A stretch of 64,000 bases of DNA, taken from assembly GCF_009914755.1 (NCBI RefSeq), contig NC_060928.1. One strand, given 5' to 3'. The notes below the pieces were generated by a model. That model saw only the letters and a program-made list of their open reading frames with translations, was not told the origin of the DNA and did no database searches. Made by a program: the position numbers and the translations under genes. The DNA is from the human T2T-CHM13v2.0 reference genome, Homo sapiens. Shown one piece after another: positions 25,836-47,829 of the stretch (position 1 is its first letter; each line of letters opens with the position of its first letter).

Positions 25836-28355
25836 TCTTCAGCATTGTGGGTATGATTTTTGCAGAAATGCAGAACTCTTGTCAATGGACTTGTTCTACA
25901 TTCAAAGTTTGGTGAAAGAATATAATTTATATTTTAGATTATGATTATGTTATGTGTATTATTATATATTATATGTATGTACACTAATTTTTATTTATCT
26001 TCCCCTAACAATTATTTTTATTTACTAATCAAATATGGATTCACTTGAAGAAGAGGATTTCTGTTTTATATCATGTGTATCCAACTTGATTGAGAGAAGA
26101 GCATTTCCCAAATTTGATCAATCTCTTTGAATATTGCTATATAATATTTCATTGAATGTATATGCCATAATTAAACATTTTCCTATTGTATGATATTTTG
26201 GCTGTTTCAACATTTTACTATTAAAAAAAAGATGTTATAAAAATCTTTGTGTACAAACCACAGTCAGTATGTTTAATTAGTAGGTCAAAAATTAAATACA
26301 TTTAAAGTCCTGTAATACATGCTTCTGGCTATTTGTTTAGAAGCTTTGTAGAAAAGAATTGGTCCAGGATTGAAGGGTCAATATGAGAACAGAAGGTTGT
26401 GGGCTGATCAATATCATCTTCTGACCTAGATTTTTTTTTAACTGTTTCCCCCAATTCTTTTTACTCTTGTGGTGGCACTCTTTGGAAAGAAGGCAGTGAG
26501 ATGATGAACATTAGCATTTCAAATATTTTTGTAGAATCCCGGGAGCAAAAATGATTCTGCTTTATAGCCTCATTGCATTGGTGATGTGAAGTAACTGTTG
26601 AAGCATGGAGCTGCGAAGCAGGTGTGGGTCCATGAATTGAATTAGGAGCATTATCAATCCAGTTTCGAATTAGTATTTGGATCCAGGGAGCCACATGTAC
26701 ATGGGCAGGGGAGGAGAGAGTGATTGGTATCTATTGCCTGTCAGGAAGATTACAGAACTAGGTCAGATCTCTGGCCTTCTTTTGTTGAACAGAACTGGAG
26801 AACATATTGATGAGATGAGTGCCAGGGAGTCTATCTTGATCTAACCATAAAGGGCCTTGCTGGGCAGAACTGGGGAGAAAGGAGAGGCAAGCTGGTGTGG
26901 AAAGAGCCATGAGAGATACAATAGGGCAGCTGCCATGTTTGGGAAAATTGAGGCAGAGATGGAGAAAGCATATTTTGTTTTCTGTATCTCATGAATATTT
27001 CTGAGAGGCCGCAATGAAGATCTAAATTGCTTTAATTGTTTTTTAGTTGCCAGACTTTTATTTATTTGGATAAGATTCCATGCTGTGGCTTGCTTCCAGG
27101 CAGAGTGTACTTTGGACTGGATTAATGTAGGATACCATTATGACAAGGAATATTTATCCTGGCAAACCTTCATGAATTTGAGTGGAGCAGATATTCAAGT
27201 AGTGGCCATTCTGTTATTGTCATTGGGACTTAATTATATCTTCATGTTGACATGATGTAGGAAAATAGTATTATAATTTCTGAAATTTACAAGCTGCTAA
27301 AAGAGCTATAATATGGATAAAAGAGTCTCTTTTATCACAGAATAGTCTGTGATTTTAATTAACATTGCATCACAAGCCATACCATTTTTAAAATTCAACA
27401 TTTTGTGCATTTTGATGAATATATATGGTATATTTATAAATTCTGAGAAAAATAACACTAATTTCATAACAGGTTCTAATTAAAAGTCAGCAAATGTCAT
27501 TCAGAATTATCAGCTACTTAACCAGGTAGAATTCAAAGTTTGAAGAAAAATTTAATGTGTATAAGGAAAAAAATTACAGTAAATAAGCAGACAACCAAAT
27601 ACTTTAATATTTTAGTGATTTCAATTAATTGTAATTATTTTGTAAGAAAATAAGTATTTTTATAAATGTTTGTTTAGTTTGCCTTCATGGGAATAAGACT
27701 TTCCTTTTAAATAGGAACACAGGTTTATTAAGTAAATAATACAGGTGTATCATAATTTCATAGGGATTAATAAAAATGGGAATTTTGGAATTTCTTGAAT
27801 ATATCCTGTTTAGTATGCCTCAATGACACTATATGTATCTGAAACAATGTGATGCAAATAAGCCCAAGGCATGATTAGAGTTTCAAGTACCAAATCACAG
27901 ATCAGGGTGACTTGTTTTTTCTAAGATGCAAATATAGAGCGCTTGCCCTCGGAACCTCCATCACCTCGTGTATCCAAACAGTTCAAATGAGTTGTGATGA
28001 GTCGGCTTTCAATACCTTGGAACAACTGGTTTCTGAAATGTCATGATGGGAGATTGTATGTTGTCATTTAATGTGAAATAAAACATGAAAGGGTTTCAGG
28101 GAAAACTTGCCTGTTGTGGGATGTGACAGCAGGCTTAGCTCGGCTGTGCAGTAGGTGAAGGCCTGGGGCCGATGTGGGGCACCTTGTCATGTAGGTCTGC
28201 CTTATCTGCTGCTCTTGATATTTTTCTTCCTCCTCGGAAATGCAGTCTCCTGAATTCATATTTGGCTAAACTCAACAGATATTATTAATGCTTTAAATTC
28301 TGTTTGGAAAGAGGCAATGTTAAATGTATCAATTTATTTTAAGAGTAGACATAAG

Positions 28356-28470
28356 TAAACAGTTTACTTATGTATCTATATGTGTTTCATAACATCATAT
28401 CGTATGCTCTAAATATACAAAATAAAATTTATTAAAAATACGTAATGACTGAAGAAATAATTAAAAAAAT
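28356..28470 (+). mobile_element. Very short L1MA-type 3' terminal fragment
   Basis: cataacatcatatcgtatgctctaaatatacaaaataaaatttatt plus A-rich tail; TSD aa(g/a)agtagacat(a/g)ag at 28341-28355 and 28471-28485. Confidence 0.6.
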
Positions 28471-28519
28471 AAAAGTAGACATGAGATTCTATGGAGGACA
28501 CTAATGAAATAAGATACAT

Positions 28520-28899
<380 letters not shown>

Positions 28900-30105
28900 T
28901 CAAATAACAAAGTAAAGTTCTATATTGTTGAGTAGGATAGTGAATATGTGAATATTTATATGTGGATGTTATAGGAATCCAGAGGTAGGAGAATATGTTC
29001 TGTCATGGAGCGATTAGAAAATGAAAGCATTGAGTTGGGGGCAATACTTGGGCAAGATTTCTATCAGAAGGGAGGAAGGGGAGTGGCTTTGCAGAGATGG
29101 GGGAGGACACATAAGCAGAGCTAATAAGCCGGGAGTGCTTTCCTCTTGGATGCACAATGGCTACAGATAATAATATAATTTTGTTCATGTAAACGTGCTT
29201 CTGAAATGATTTGGGGGCAGATATTGTGTTGTTGAATTTATTTTTTACCCCATAGTAATCTTAAAGGTGGGAACATCATGCCAGAAGGAAAGAAGGATAG
29301 CCAAAATGATGTGAAGAGCAGTTTCCTGACAAAGGTCTGGGTTTTAGTCCCTGTGCTGTCACTTCATTTTTGTTAAAGTGACTTAAGGTGAGTCATTTTA
29401 TCTCTTCTCAATTATTAAATGAGGTCATTGGGCAGAATGCTCTTTGAGGTTTCTTCTAACCCTAGGGCCCCATGAACTGGTACTATACAGTAGGTTAGTA
29501 AAAGAGGTTTCTGGACAGGAGGACCTTTAGGAAACTCTTAATTCATGCTGTCCAAGTGACCTCTTACTCTTATAGAGATAGGAGCTGTTCATCTTACACT
29601 CAAGAAAGATAGTGGGTGTCCCGTAGGCGCCATTGAATTTTGCTACTTCAGACTAACTAGACTGTTAAGTTTAGAAAGCTGATCTAAGAGACTTTCCTTT
29701 TGGTTACTCTGCAAGAAGAATGAGGTCACTTTTACTCTTTTATAAGAGAACCCTTTGAGAGTAAAACAGCTTTCATGTTTCATAGGGTCAAACAATTTTG
29801 AACAGCCTGGAGCACGTTATTCTTATCATGGCTTAGCTGGTGTCCTTGGGTCAGAAGACTCTAAATATTTAATGTGAAACTCACAAGGATTCGTCTCTTT
29901 TTTTTTTCTTGGACCAGTTGCATCCTTAGTATTTTAAAAGAAATATACATGTGTTGAAATTCATAAAATTTCATAATCTAAATTTGACTCTACTGTCAGC
30001 ATCAACTAACATTTATTGAGAACCCACTGTTTTCCTGACATTGTATTATGCATTAGGAACTCTTCATATTAAGGCTATTGTTTTTCCTCAGGGGCTGTGC
30101 AATTA

Positions 30106-30210
30106 TCCTTTATGGTTAGAAATAGAAACAGAAACTTTGGAATAACAGTAACATCCAGTCCTTTTAAGGTTAGAAATAGAAACTGTAACTGGAATAATAG
30201 TAACATCCAA
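30106..30210. repeat. Diverged ~53-bp tandem duplication
   Basis: tcctt(t)ta(t/a)ggttagaaatagaaac...ggaataa(c/t)agtaacatcca present twice, head to tail. Confidence 0.85.
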
Positions 30211-31599
30211 TGACATGAGAGGTCACGATGAGGTTTATATTCTTTTTATCATCATTTGATATACTATATTTATCAATAGAGGTACGATTATCTTATTTTA
30301 TATTTCTTCTCCTGTTATTTAAATGTGGCAGCTGTAACTAATTTGGATATCAACCACCTACTGTGTCGTGCACATCTCTGTAAAACTTTATTGTACAATC
30401 TGGAATATATCTAAAAATATCCAGGAGTAAATATATCATCATTAACCTGTCATATATAATGACAGTCTTATAGAAATGTAAAAAATGGAAGCAAACTAAG
30501 TGAACTGTGATCTAGAAGTCTTAAATTAGCCCCTAATTCTGCATCTGACATGGAAGGACTGCCTGGAGGCAGGGCAACATCATGGAAAAGTGAGGGGGTA
30601 ATTTTTCTTACATTTATCTTTGTGTTGACATACAAAGTGTGGTGTTGTGAACAAATTGCTTCTAGTCAGGTTAGCAGCTTCCATCAGAACAAAGACAAAT
30701 GTCTAAGATTCTGCTCCTTTCTCAGTAAGGGTACAATGAGGACATGAATCATATCATCTATTCTGTGTATATATGAGATGTAACAATATAGTACCAAGAG
30801 TATTTTTAAAATGAATGATATTAGAATTTTAAAAATGACTGTCCATCCCTGTCAGTTTCATACAATTATTCTTCTGTGGGTCAGTGATGAGTATTCCACC
30901 ACCCAAATCTAATTGCCTTTTATTTTTTACAGTTCTTATCCTCATTGAAATCATTCTCTTTGAGGCTCTCAATACTCTTGGCCATTTTTCCTTTTTAAAA
31001 CAAACATTTGTCTTAGTTAAAAGAAAAAATACCCTGCTACTTAATAAAAACAATAGGAAATACAGCTAAGAAAAATAAGAAAGGAAGTCTCCCATAATGT
31101 TGCCATTCAAAGAGAGAGAGCCATTCTTAATAGCGTAGTATTTAGCTCAGTATTTTCTTTCAAAGCTTATGTATCATTAAAAAAATTAACATGCTATACA
31201 GACTGTTTTAAAACTACTTTTCTCATTTAACAATGTTATATACCATTTTCCATGATATCACATATTTGTAATGGATATAACTTGAACAGTTACAAATCAG
31301 ATCTGTGCAAAAAATGAAAATACGTTTCACAAATAAAAATAGCCATGTAAGTGCTCCTTGATTTTTGATTTTTTTTTGGATCAGCAGTGAAAAACTTAAT
31401 AAGGAGTCTTTAAGTTATTATGGTCTCTTCCAATTTGAAACTCAGACTCTTTTTTTGCAGTCAAATTCACACGCTATAGTCTTAGATACTGCTCAAAGTT
31501 TGCTCTCCATATTTTTTTCCCTCTGAAGATTTTTTCCCTCCTTTCTTCTTTCTACTGTAGTTCGTGGGTTCGTGCTTACCTGCCAGGAAAGTGTAAGTG

Positions 31600-32110
31600 A
31601 TCTGTGGAAGTGAAGTACGAAATGGATGGTGGGTAGGATGTGTATCTCATCCACAGGTTCCCTTTTTGCTGATACTTGTTGCTAGTGTCTTTGCCTGGTT
31701 TGGTTCCTGGCACTGTGGATGAGGGGTGCAACCACAGCCCAAGGTCAGTAGGGAAGGGGAGGTCTCCACTGATCTCCAAATGGAATGGATCCTGTCCTTT
31801 TGTTGACTCTGTGCAGCTGCTGTGACTCTTTTGACACTGATGAGCTGCTGAAATCCTGTAGCACATGACAGTGTCTAAGGGCACCTGTCTGCACCCCTAT
31901 GAGGCTTCAGAAGCATCACAGTGGTTACTTTCCCTCCTCTCACCACGGGAAATTGTTCTCTCCAAGACACATGCTGTTTGAAGTCTCCAGCTCCTGGATA
32001 GTGTTTTGGGATGGAGGCTGGCCAGTTGGTTGATGCTTCCATCCAACTCCAGTAGATGACTCTGGCTCCACAAAAATCCACACCTTTTTACCTTGTTGCA
32101 CATCTCTACC
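31600..32110 (-). mobile_element. Putative ancient non-LTR (CR1/L2/RTE-X-type) ORF1 remnant
   Basis: Degenerate motifs in expected order: CNKVKRC..LLEL..INQLASL, TGFQQL (NRFxxL-like), EISGDLP (GDS-like), TVPGTKPGKDT (CxPGAxxxD-like); recognised by eye only. Confidence 0.4.
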
Positions 32111-35100
32111 ATCTCATGGGATTAGGTTCTAGGTTCTCCAACTTCATGAGGAAATACTAGGGGATAGGCCTAGAATAAGACAGAATATGTGCTTCACCAC
32201 ATGACTACAAAATGCAGATCTTCATTTTTTTTCCTCTATCATTCTCCCCTCTCCCTTCTTATACTTTGTCTTTAAAAATAATCATGAGCCAATTTCATTT
32301 CTTTGCAGTACCAGAGCAAGGTACAAAGTTGGGCACTGATACAAACTTCCTTTGAAGTTAGCCTTCTCAGCTGTCCACAGTGGGGATGAATTAGCAGAAA
32401 TATAAAGAGAATCTGTCATTCTAGTTTCAGTTGATAACAACGAAGAAATATGTGTGTGGTTTGTTTGGCATAATTTTAATTGTTGCAAATTGCTCCTTGG
32501 TGTGTTCTAGTCTATGCCTGTGCTATCACTTATTTACAAAATCTTTTTTTGCATACTATGTCCCCACCAATTATTTTATTATAAACAAAATAATTTTAAT
32601 GTTAACTTTTAAGTTCTTGAAGTCTTATCTCCCTCTGTTTTGAAAATGGTATCTTCTCTAATTATTCAAAAGCCTCCACTTTTAAAAAGTCCTTCCTTGT
32701 TTCTTTCCTCTTCTGACCACAAAACTGGTTCTTGATCTTCCTCTAATTTTCTTTTATTGTGATCTCTCCTTTGGAAATCTCATCTAGACTTATCATTTCA
32801 ACTTTCTCTTCTATTTATATGTCTTGTGAATTTTTATCTGTAGTTTTGGGTACTCTCCTAAGTTCCAGTGGCCTTTACTTGAGGGCCATTCCGGCACCTT
32901 TAATTCAAGATATGAGGACTGAGTTCATTGTCTTTGTTGTTGCTTGATAAAGAATGGTAGTATGCTTGTAACACAACATGGGGGAAATAATCACTGCCTA
33001 AACCTGGAACTGGACCTGCCCAGTAAGGACAAGGGATATATGAGCCAGGACATTTTGACATTGTTATTTTGACCTCAATGTTTTGACCCAGTAAACTTAT
33101 CTTTTCTTTATCTCTTCAATGCCAGTTATCACCCAGTGAATTAAATGATTAAAATGATAAAAATTAGATCAGGACCTCAATAGGCCAAAAATGGAAAATG
33201 GAACAAACTTGGAATTTTCTGAGAGAACTGTAATAATTAACAAATCACACCTTTAAATTATCAGCATCTAAAATAATGCCTGGTACATAAAAGGTAATCA
33301 ATAAACATGTTTGACTTAATACGTGAATGTATAAAGCCTCAATGAACTATTGCTGAAAATGCACACATTAACATTTGTTTTTGACAATTAAATAATGAGT
33401 GAATCAAGTATACTTGATATAATGTAGACCTATCAATTGTGACTGAGAAAAATTGGACTTAGAAGAAGTCATGACCACAAAAAAATACAAGAAAGTTATG
33501 ATGGTTATGCCATAATTGGTCAAATTAGATGTGTAAAAATGATGATCAATAAAGTCCATTTTTATTATAGAATTTAAATAAAAACTGATCCTATTGATAA
33601 AAATTTTGAATAATTATTTAATTTTAATATTTCAGTTACATATAAAAACTAAGAATTTGAAATGCTATGGCATGCTATACAGAAAACTGGTTATAGAACC
33701 AGATGTGGTAAAGTGAACTTTGTTCCAGATAATGTTTTCTATTTGAAACTTACTGTATAATTTTGATAAGAATGTTGGTATTCATAACACATCTTGGTGA
33801 CAAATTGGTGGATAAAAATTGTCAGGGTAGAAACATCCTGCATTGGCTCTGGAGGCAGAAGGACAAAACTGGGTTCAGTAGGGTGGTTAAGTTATCTGTC
33901 CGAAGAGTAAGGAAATATTCAGGTAAACTAAATGGGAAACATTGAGTCCTCCAAAAAAGAAGGCAGAATGGAGTCATAAGTAAAGTAGCCACACTTAAAA
34001 GTCCAAGGAGACAGATAGGCAGGTGGTAGCTGGAAATATAATCCTAAAAGGGGATAATGACATAATCTGAACCCTATGAGATTAGGGGTGAAGTGTTGGG
34101 GGATGAAGCTGGGTAATTTCATCTTGCTTTAAGAAAAATGTGGTTGGAGATTGGGTTGGGACTGACTAAACTGTAGGTTTAGCTGTGGGGAACTGGGAAG
34201 TGATAGGCTGGAAAAATAATTTCGCCACTGAAGCCTACTCACCTGTTGTACCCCTATTTTTGTTATGTGCCTAATCCTCTACTCATACAACCTTGAAACT
34301 TTAGCCTTTTCTTTGTTTCCACTGCACGTACCATAAATCCCCAAATCTGAGCAATTCTAGCTCTTCATCTTCATTGCCATCAACTGAATTCATACTATTT
34401 TTATTCCTTGCCTACTTAATGTAATAGTCTCCTAACTTGTCTATTGACCTCAAATGCCTTCTCTCATTAAAGTATCTCACATAGTGCTGCCATATCAATT
34501 TTGATAAAATACAGGTTTAAATTTACCATATCCTTCTTCAAAATCTCAATACATTTTTCTTTAATGCAATCCACTATACCTAGGATCCTCCATCCTCTAT
34601 TATGTTTAAGATTTAAACATAATCTTATCCTATCTTCAAGACCAAGCTTAAAGTAATATGTTCCATGAGTCCACTGCTCCTTTCACCTGATTGTAATTCC
34701 TTTTTTTCTAATCTATGATTATTCTTAGTTTCTCTGATGAGATTTATTCCTTGAGACTGTTATGGGGATGGGTCACATCGTATGGTAGAACTAGGACAAG
34801 ATACAGAGAGAATGGGATTAATCTTGTCCATTTTATTGTTTGAAATCATGCAAATAAATGTTTAGCATCTCTGATCTTTATTCCTTTATGTATAAAAATG
34901 GATCTTATAATTTTATTTTATTCTTAGAATTGTCATAAGGAAAACTGAGATAATACAGGTTAAAAGTAACAGATGAAAACAATACTGTTGTTAGCTATGC
35001 TTATATTTATATAATATACATGCTATATTTTTATGCTAGATTTTAAGCTAATTGAGGAAAAGCTTCAAGCCTGACTTAACTTGGATATCTTCATCATACC

Positions 35101-35175
35101 TACAAATGGCATTTGGCTTTTCTAAATATCAAATTCTTCCTCATAAAAAGGAGTTTGAAGCAATGAAATTATTTT

Positions 35176-40729
<5,554 letters not shown>

Positions 40730-41648
40730 TGAAATTATTTTAAAAATGTAATGTATACTTAGAAAATGATTCTGAAAAAGAGAGTTCCATTTTTTATGTT
40801 TTTCTGAAATTGCATCAGGAGTGATGCAATTGTACATTGTATTCCAAGACAACTACTTAGAAGAAAAAGCATTCATTGTCATCTAAATTTCGGTATTAAA
40901 AATAAAACCAAGATATGTTTTAAAAAAGGCCAAAGATGGTAATAAGATTATGGGTGACTTTTCCCCTGTTTTCTATATTTCTCTAAAATTTCTGCAGTGA
41001 ATATGTATGCTTTACCCTCAACTTAAAACTTTATTTTGAAAAAATCAGAGCCATTAACTAAGTTACCTATTCCTAATAACTTTTGCCTATATCATTAGAA
41101 GAAAAGTTAAGCTAATAGAAACTTAGAAGCTTGTTGCAATTTCACTTTTAGCATTTTCAAAATCACTTTGTGATTACTGTTAAATAAACAATTATGTTAA
41201 TTTTTTCCTGCACACATGTGTGTGGTTTTAAGAAAACTAAATACCCACTGTTGTGGGACTTGCTAAGGCTGGACAAGAAGGATGCTGGTGGTGAACTATA
41301 GTGCGTATATCTCAGGACTATAGTTCTTTTCTCACAAGGGATTCCAATTCATCTTATACCCTACTCAGCAGAATATACTTCTCACTAGGGTTTGAAGTAA
41401 ACACTTTTCACTTCTGCAGTTGTGATATTTATGTACATATAATTAAATATAATTAAGAATTTTATTTTTGAAATAATGTAATAAGTGTCTACAATCTTAC
41501 TATAATTTCTTGTATTTATTAAACAATTTGAGATATGTCTATTCGTTCATTTTCCCAATAAATCTTTATTGATCTCTTCTGTATATTAGGTACTATTCAG
41601 GTTCTGAGGATATATTAATAGCAATGAACAAAACAAATAAGAATTTCT

Positions 41649-41950
41649 GGCTGGGCACAGTGGCTCATGCCTGTAATCCCAGCACTGTGGGAGGCCGAGG
41701 AAGGCCTCACTTGAGCAAGGATCAAGGATCACTGGAGCAAGACCAGCCTGGGAAATGTGTTGAGGCCCAGCCTCTACAAAAAACTACAAAAATTAGCCAG
41801 GTGTCATGGTACACGCCTATAATCCTAGCTATTCAGGGTGCTTAGGTGGGAGGACCACTTGAGCATGAGAGGCAGAGGCTGCAGTGAGCTGAGATCATAA
41901 CACTGCACTCCAGCCTGGGCAACAGAGTGAAACACCTGTCTCAAAAAAAA
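41649..41950 (+). mobile_element. AluJ with rearranged left-monomer B-box region
   Basis: J-type ggaggaccacttgagc, gaggctgcagtgagc; TSD-like ataa(g/t)aatttct. Confidence 0.9.
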
Positions 41951-42369
41951 TAATAATTTCTGCCTTCATAGAGCTTACATTGTAGTAAGAGAGATAAACA
42001 ATAAACAAATTAAATAAATAAAAGTGTGTTAAGATAAATGGTGACAAGTACTAGAAGGAACCATAATGCAAGAATGAATATATGGAGTGTGGAAGGATAT
42101 GAAGCGCTAGATTTCAATTTTAAATAGGGTGGCCATTTCTCATTAAGAAGGTACTGTTTAAGCAAATGTTTGAAGGAGGTAATTAGTAGGCATGTGGCTA
42201 GCAGAGAAAGAGCATCGTAGTCAGTAAAACAGCAGTGTTTGAAGTCCTTGAGGCTAAAGTGTGCCTGGTGTACTAATGAAGCAACAAAGGTGGCCATATT
42301 CTGGAGGTGGACAGTTTGGGGCTGGTTATTTTGGTGGTGACAACTTGAGGAAAGTATTTTCTGAGGTTG

Positions 42370-42659
42370 TTTTATTTATTTTAGAAGGAGTCGTGCTGTG
42401 TTGCCCAGGCTAGAGTGCAGTGGCCCTATCTCGGCTCAGTGGAACCTCTGCTTCCTGAGTTCAAGTGATTCTCTTGCCTCAGCCTCCCAAGTAGCTGGAA
42501 CTACAGGCACTGCCACCACGCCTGGCTAATTTTTGTATTTTTAGTAGAGACGAGGTTTCACCATCTTGGCCAGGCTGGTCTCGAACTCTGACCTAGTGAT
42601 CCACCCGCCTTGGCCTCCCAAAGTGCTGGGATTACAGGTGTGAGCCACTGCAGCCGGCC
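42370..42659 (-). mobile_element. AluS
   Basis: Reverse-complement Alu dimer ending gagccactgcagccggcc. Confidence 0.93.
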
Positions 42660-43445
42660 TGTTTTATGTTTTTCATGAAACAGAAAGCAAGGTCATCAGT
42701 GAGTGTGTGTAGGAAGGGTGAATAGCTATTTAGTGGAAAGGAGGTGTGAATATAACAGGGAAAGGCAGTATGATTGCTGGGAAGCATTAGAGCTCATTTT
42801 AGGTCAAAGGTAGAACATATAAAATGAGACCAGCGAGCAAATTTTGTGTTTCTCCAGCCAGTTCTGCTGCTATGGTGCTGAGTGGCCAAGGTAGAGATTT
42901 AGTATTAACCAAGGTTATGGTTTACCAGCGTGAATACATTGAAATGAAAGAGAAGCAAGAAAGTTGAGGGTGATACAAAGGAGTTATAATGATGGACCAA
43001 GAAAATTTAAACTGGTTAAAGAGGGAAGAAAGGACACAAGAGAAGTAAGGAATCATGGAAAAGTAATGGAATTGATTGTAGGTGCGGGCATTGTATAAGG
43101 ACCGTTGTATAAGGATCACAGTGAGCTAGAAAGGGAAGAGGTAGTGGTTGGAGAGTGGGAGGCTTGCAGTTGAGGTCTGGGAGGGATTGTAATTATTGCT
43201 AATGACCACAGGTATAGGATATGACCATGTAAGTGAGTATTTGGATCAGGCAGAGGACAAGATTGAGGAAGTGAGAGGCTGAGGCATTGGAAGCATCATT
43301 TAAACAGATGTTAAAATCATGAGAATTACAGGCATAATGTAGTTGCGTGTGACAGCAAGCCAGGAACAAATATCTCCAGGGAAGGAGGAATGTGACTGGA
43401 GATTCAGGTATATTCTACTTATGGAATCCATAGCTGGCAATTTCT

Positions 43446-46424
<2,979 letters not shown>

Positions 46425-47214
46425 CTAAAGTGAAGGAAGATGAATGGTCTGAGAGCAGAAGGAGGAGCATGAAAGACATTTACCCCATGTCCAGCACTAT
46501 GAAGGAGAAAAATACAGCCACTACTTGAGAGGGCTGCAGAAGAAGTAGTATTGTCAAGGGAGATTCATGTTTCCCTTAGATCAAGAAAGTCAGGGGAATT
46601 TTGAAAGAAAAGCACATAGAGGAATGTGACAATGGCTGACTGAATTCTCAAGGACAAAATATAAGAGTTAAGGACTCAGGAAGATGGGGTCAGAAAAAGG
46701 TCTATAATGGACCATATAGGGATTGGCGTGCAGAGATACCTAAGGTGCACAAAGGGCATTAAATGGTCAGTTCCGATGATTTCACGATGAGGGAGGCGAA
46801 GCAATTTTTGAGGCTCTGTTGGAGCATGAGGAAGATGGAAGGTTCTTTCCAGGTCCCTGTAGAGTTCTGAGACTTTTCCTTAGAGTTTTGATGGAGGGTA
46901 AGGTGCATACCTGGTATGATCAGATGGGTCTCAGAGGCTTTCTTGTGATTTCTGCTGACAGAGATGACTGGTGTGAAGGCTAGGAAAGGATTCTTATATA
47001 TTTATGAAAATCTCTCATGATCAGCTACACTCATGTTTTTATAAACTTTATTATAATTTTAAAGCATTTATACTGATTGTAAAAGTGATCTTTTGTCTTC
47101 TCAAGGACCTCCCCAATGGGTTATAGGAGAAGCACTCTTACTGCATTAATTCAATTATTTATGAAGGTTATTAAAATTTCACTGGTTCCAATAAAGAAAT
47201 GAAATATAGTAGCT

Positions 47215-47450
47215 ATAGTTAACATTTGTTGAGGACGATGGTGATTTACATGGGGAATTATGTAAGAAGAAGGTTTATGGTCCTTGTGTCTTAATCTCTA
47301 ACACTGTGGTTAGTTTATCACCACAGGTTGGCACATTCTTTAAGGAAGTATTATTTTCTTCACTTTATAGATGAAGAGTCTGTTATTCAAAGCAGTTCAA
47401 CAAGTTAAAGTCGAGATTTGAACCTCACTTTGTCTTGGTTCAGTCCCTTA
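47215..47450 (-). mobile_element. MIR
   Basis: ttattttcttcactttatagatgaagagtctg...gagatttgaacctc. Confidence 0.55.
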
Positions 47451-47829
47451 TAATTGGGCATGTGCTCATGTTTGTACAGTGTTTTCAGATAAATTACCTC
47501 ATTTACATGGATAATGATTTAGTTTAGTCTTATTAGTGCTCCTCAAAGCTCCCCACAATGCCAGAGTTCATTTCAGCCTACAAAATGTGCTTGAAATCTA
47601 TGTTAATTAGAATTATCTCTCACTGATCCTTGGAATCCACATGTCCTTCTTGCTGTCTTACATATGAGCAGGTTAAAGGAGCATAAACTCTTGTCCAGTA
47701 AAATCTCATGTTTTTCCTAGAAAAACAAACTACCGTGAAAACACGATAAAAAGGTATTTGAAATAAAAAAAAAAACCACAGCATATAAACCCCTTTGGAT
47801 CTTTGGCATGATTTTTTCTTAAGTCATCC

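Larger units (their letters stand above)
41540..43428 (-). mobile_element. L2 host element (continues to ~46600 beyond the young L1), split by two Alus
   Basis: L2 tail antisense tttattgatctcttctgtatattaggtactatt; tgccttcatagagcttacattgtagt; purine-rich body. Confidence 0.65.

Noticed and set aside
26461-27260. Moderately GC-rich stretch with short open frames (possible exon or old LTR)
   Set aside because: No recognisable protein, splice-site pair or LTR termini could be supported by eye
41293-41326. 10-bp inverted repeat gaactatagt/actatagttc with 14-nt spacer
   Set aside because: Built on a self-palindromic actatagt core; short, with no supporting context
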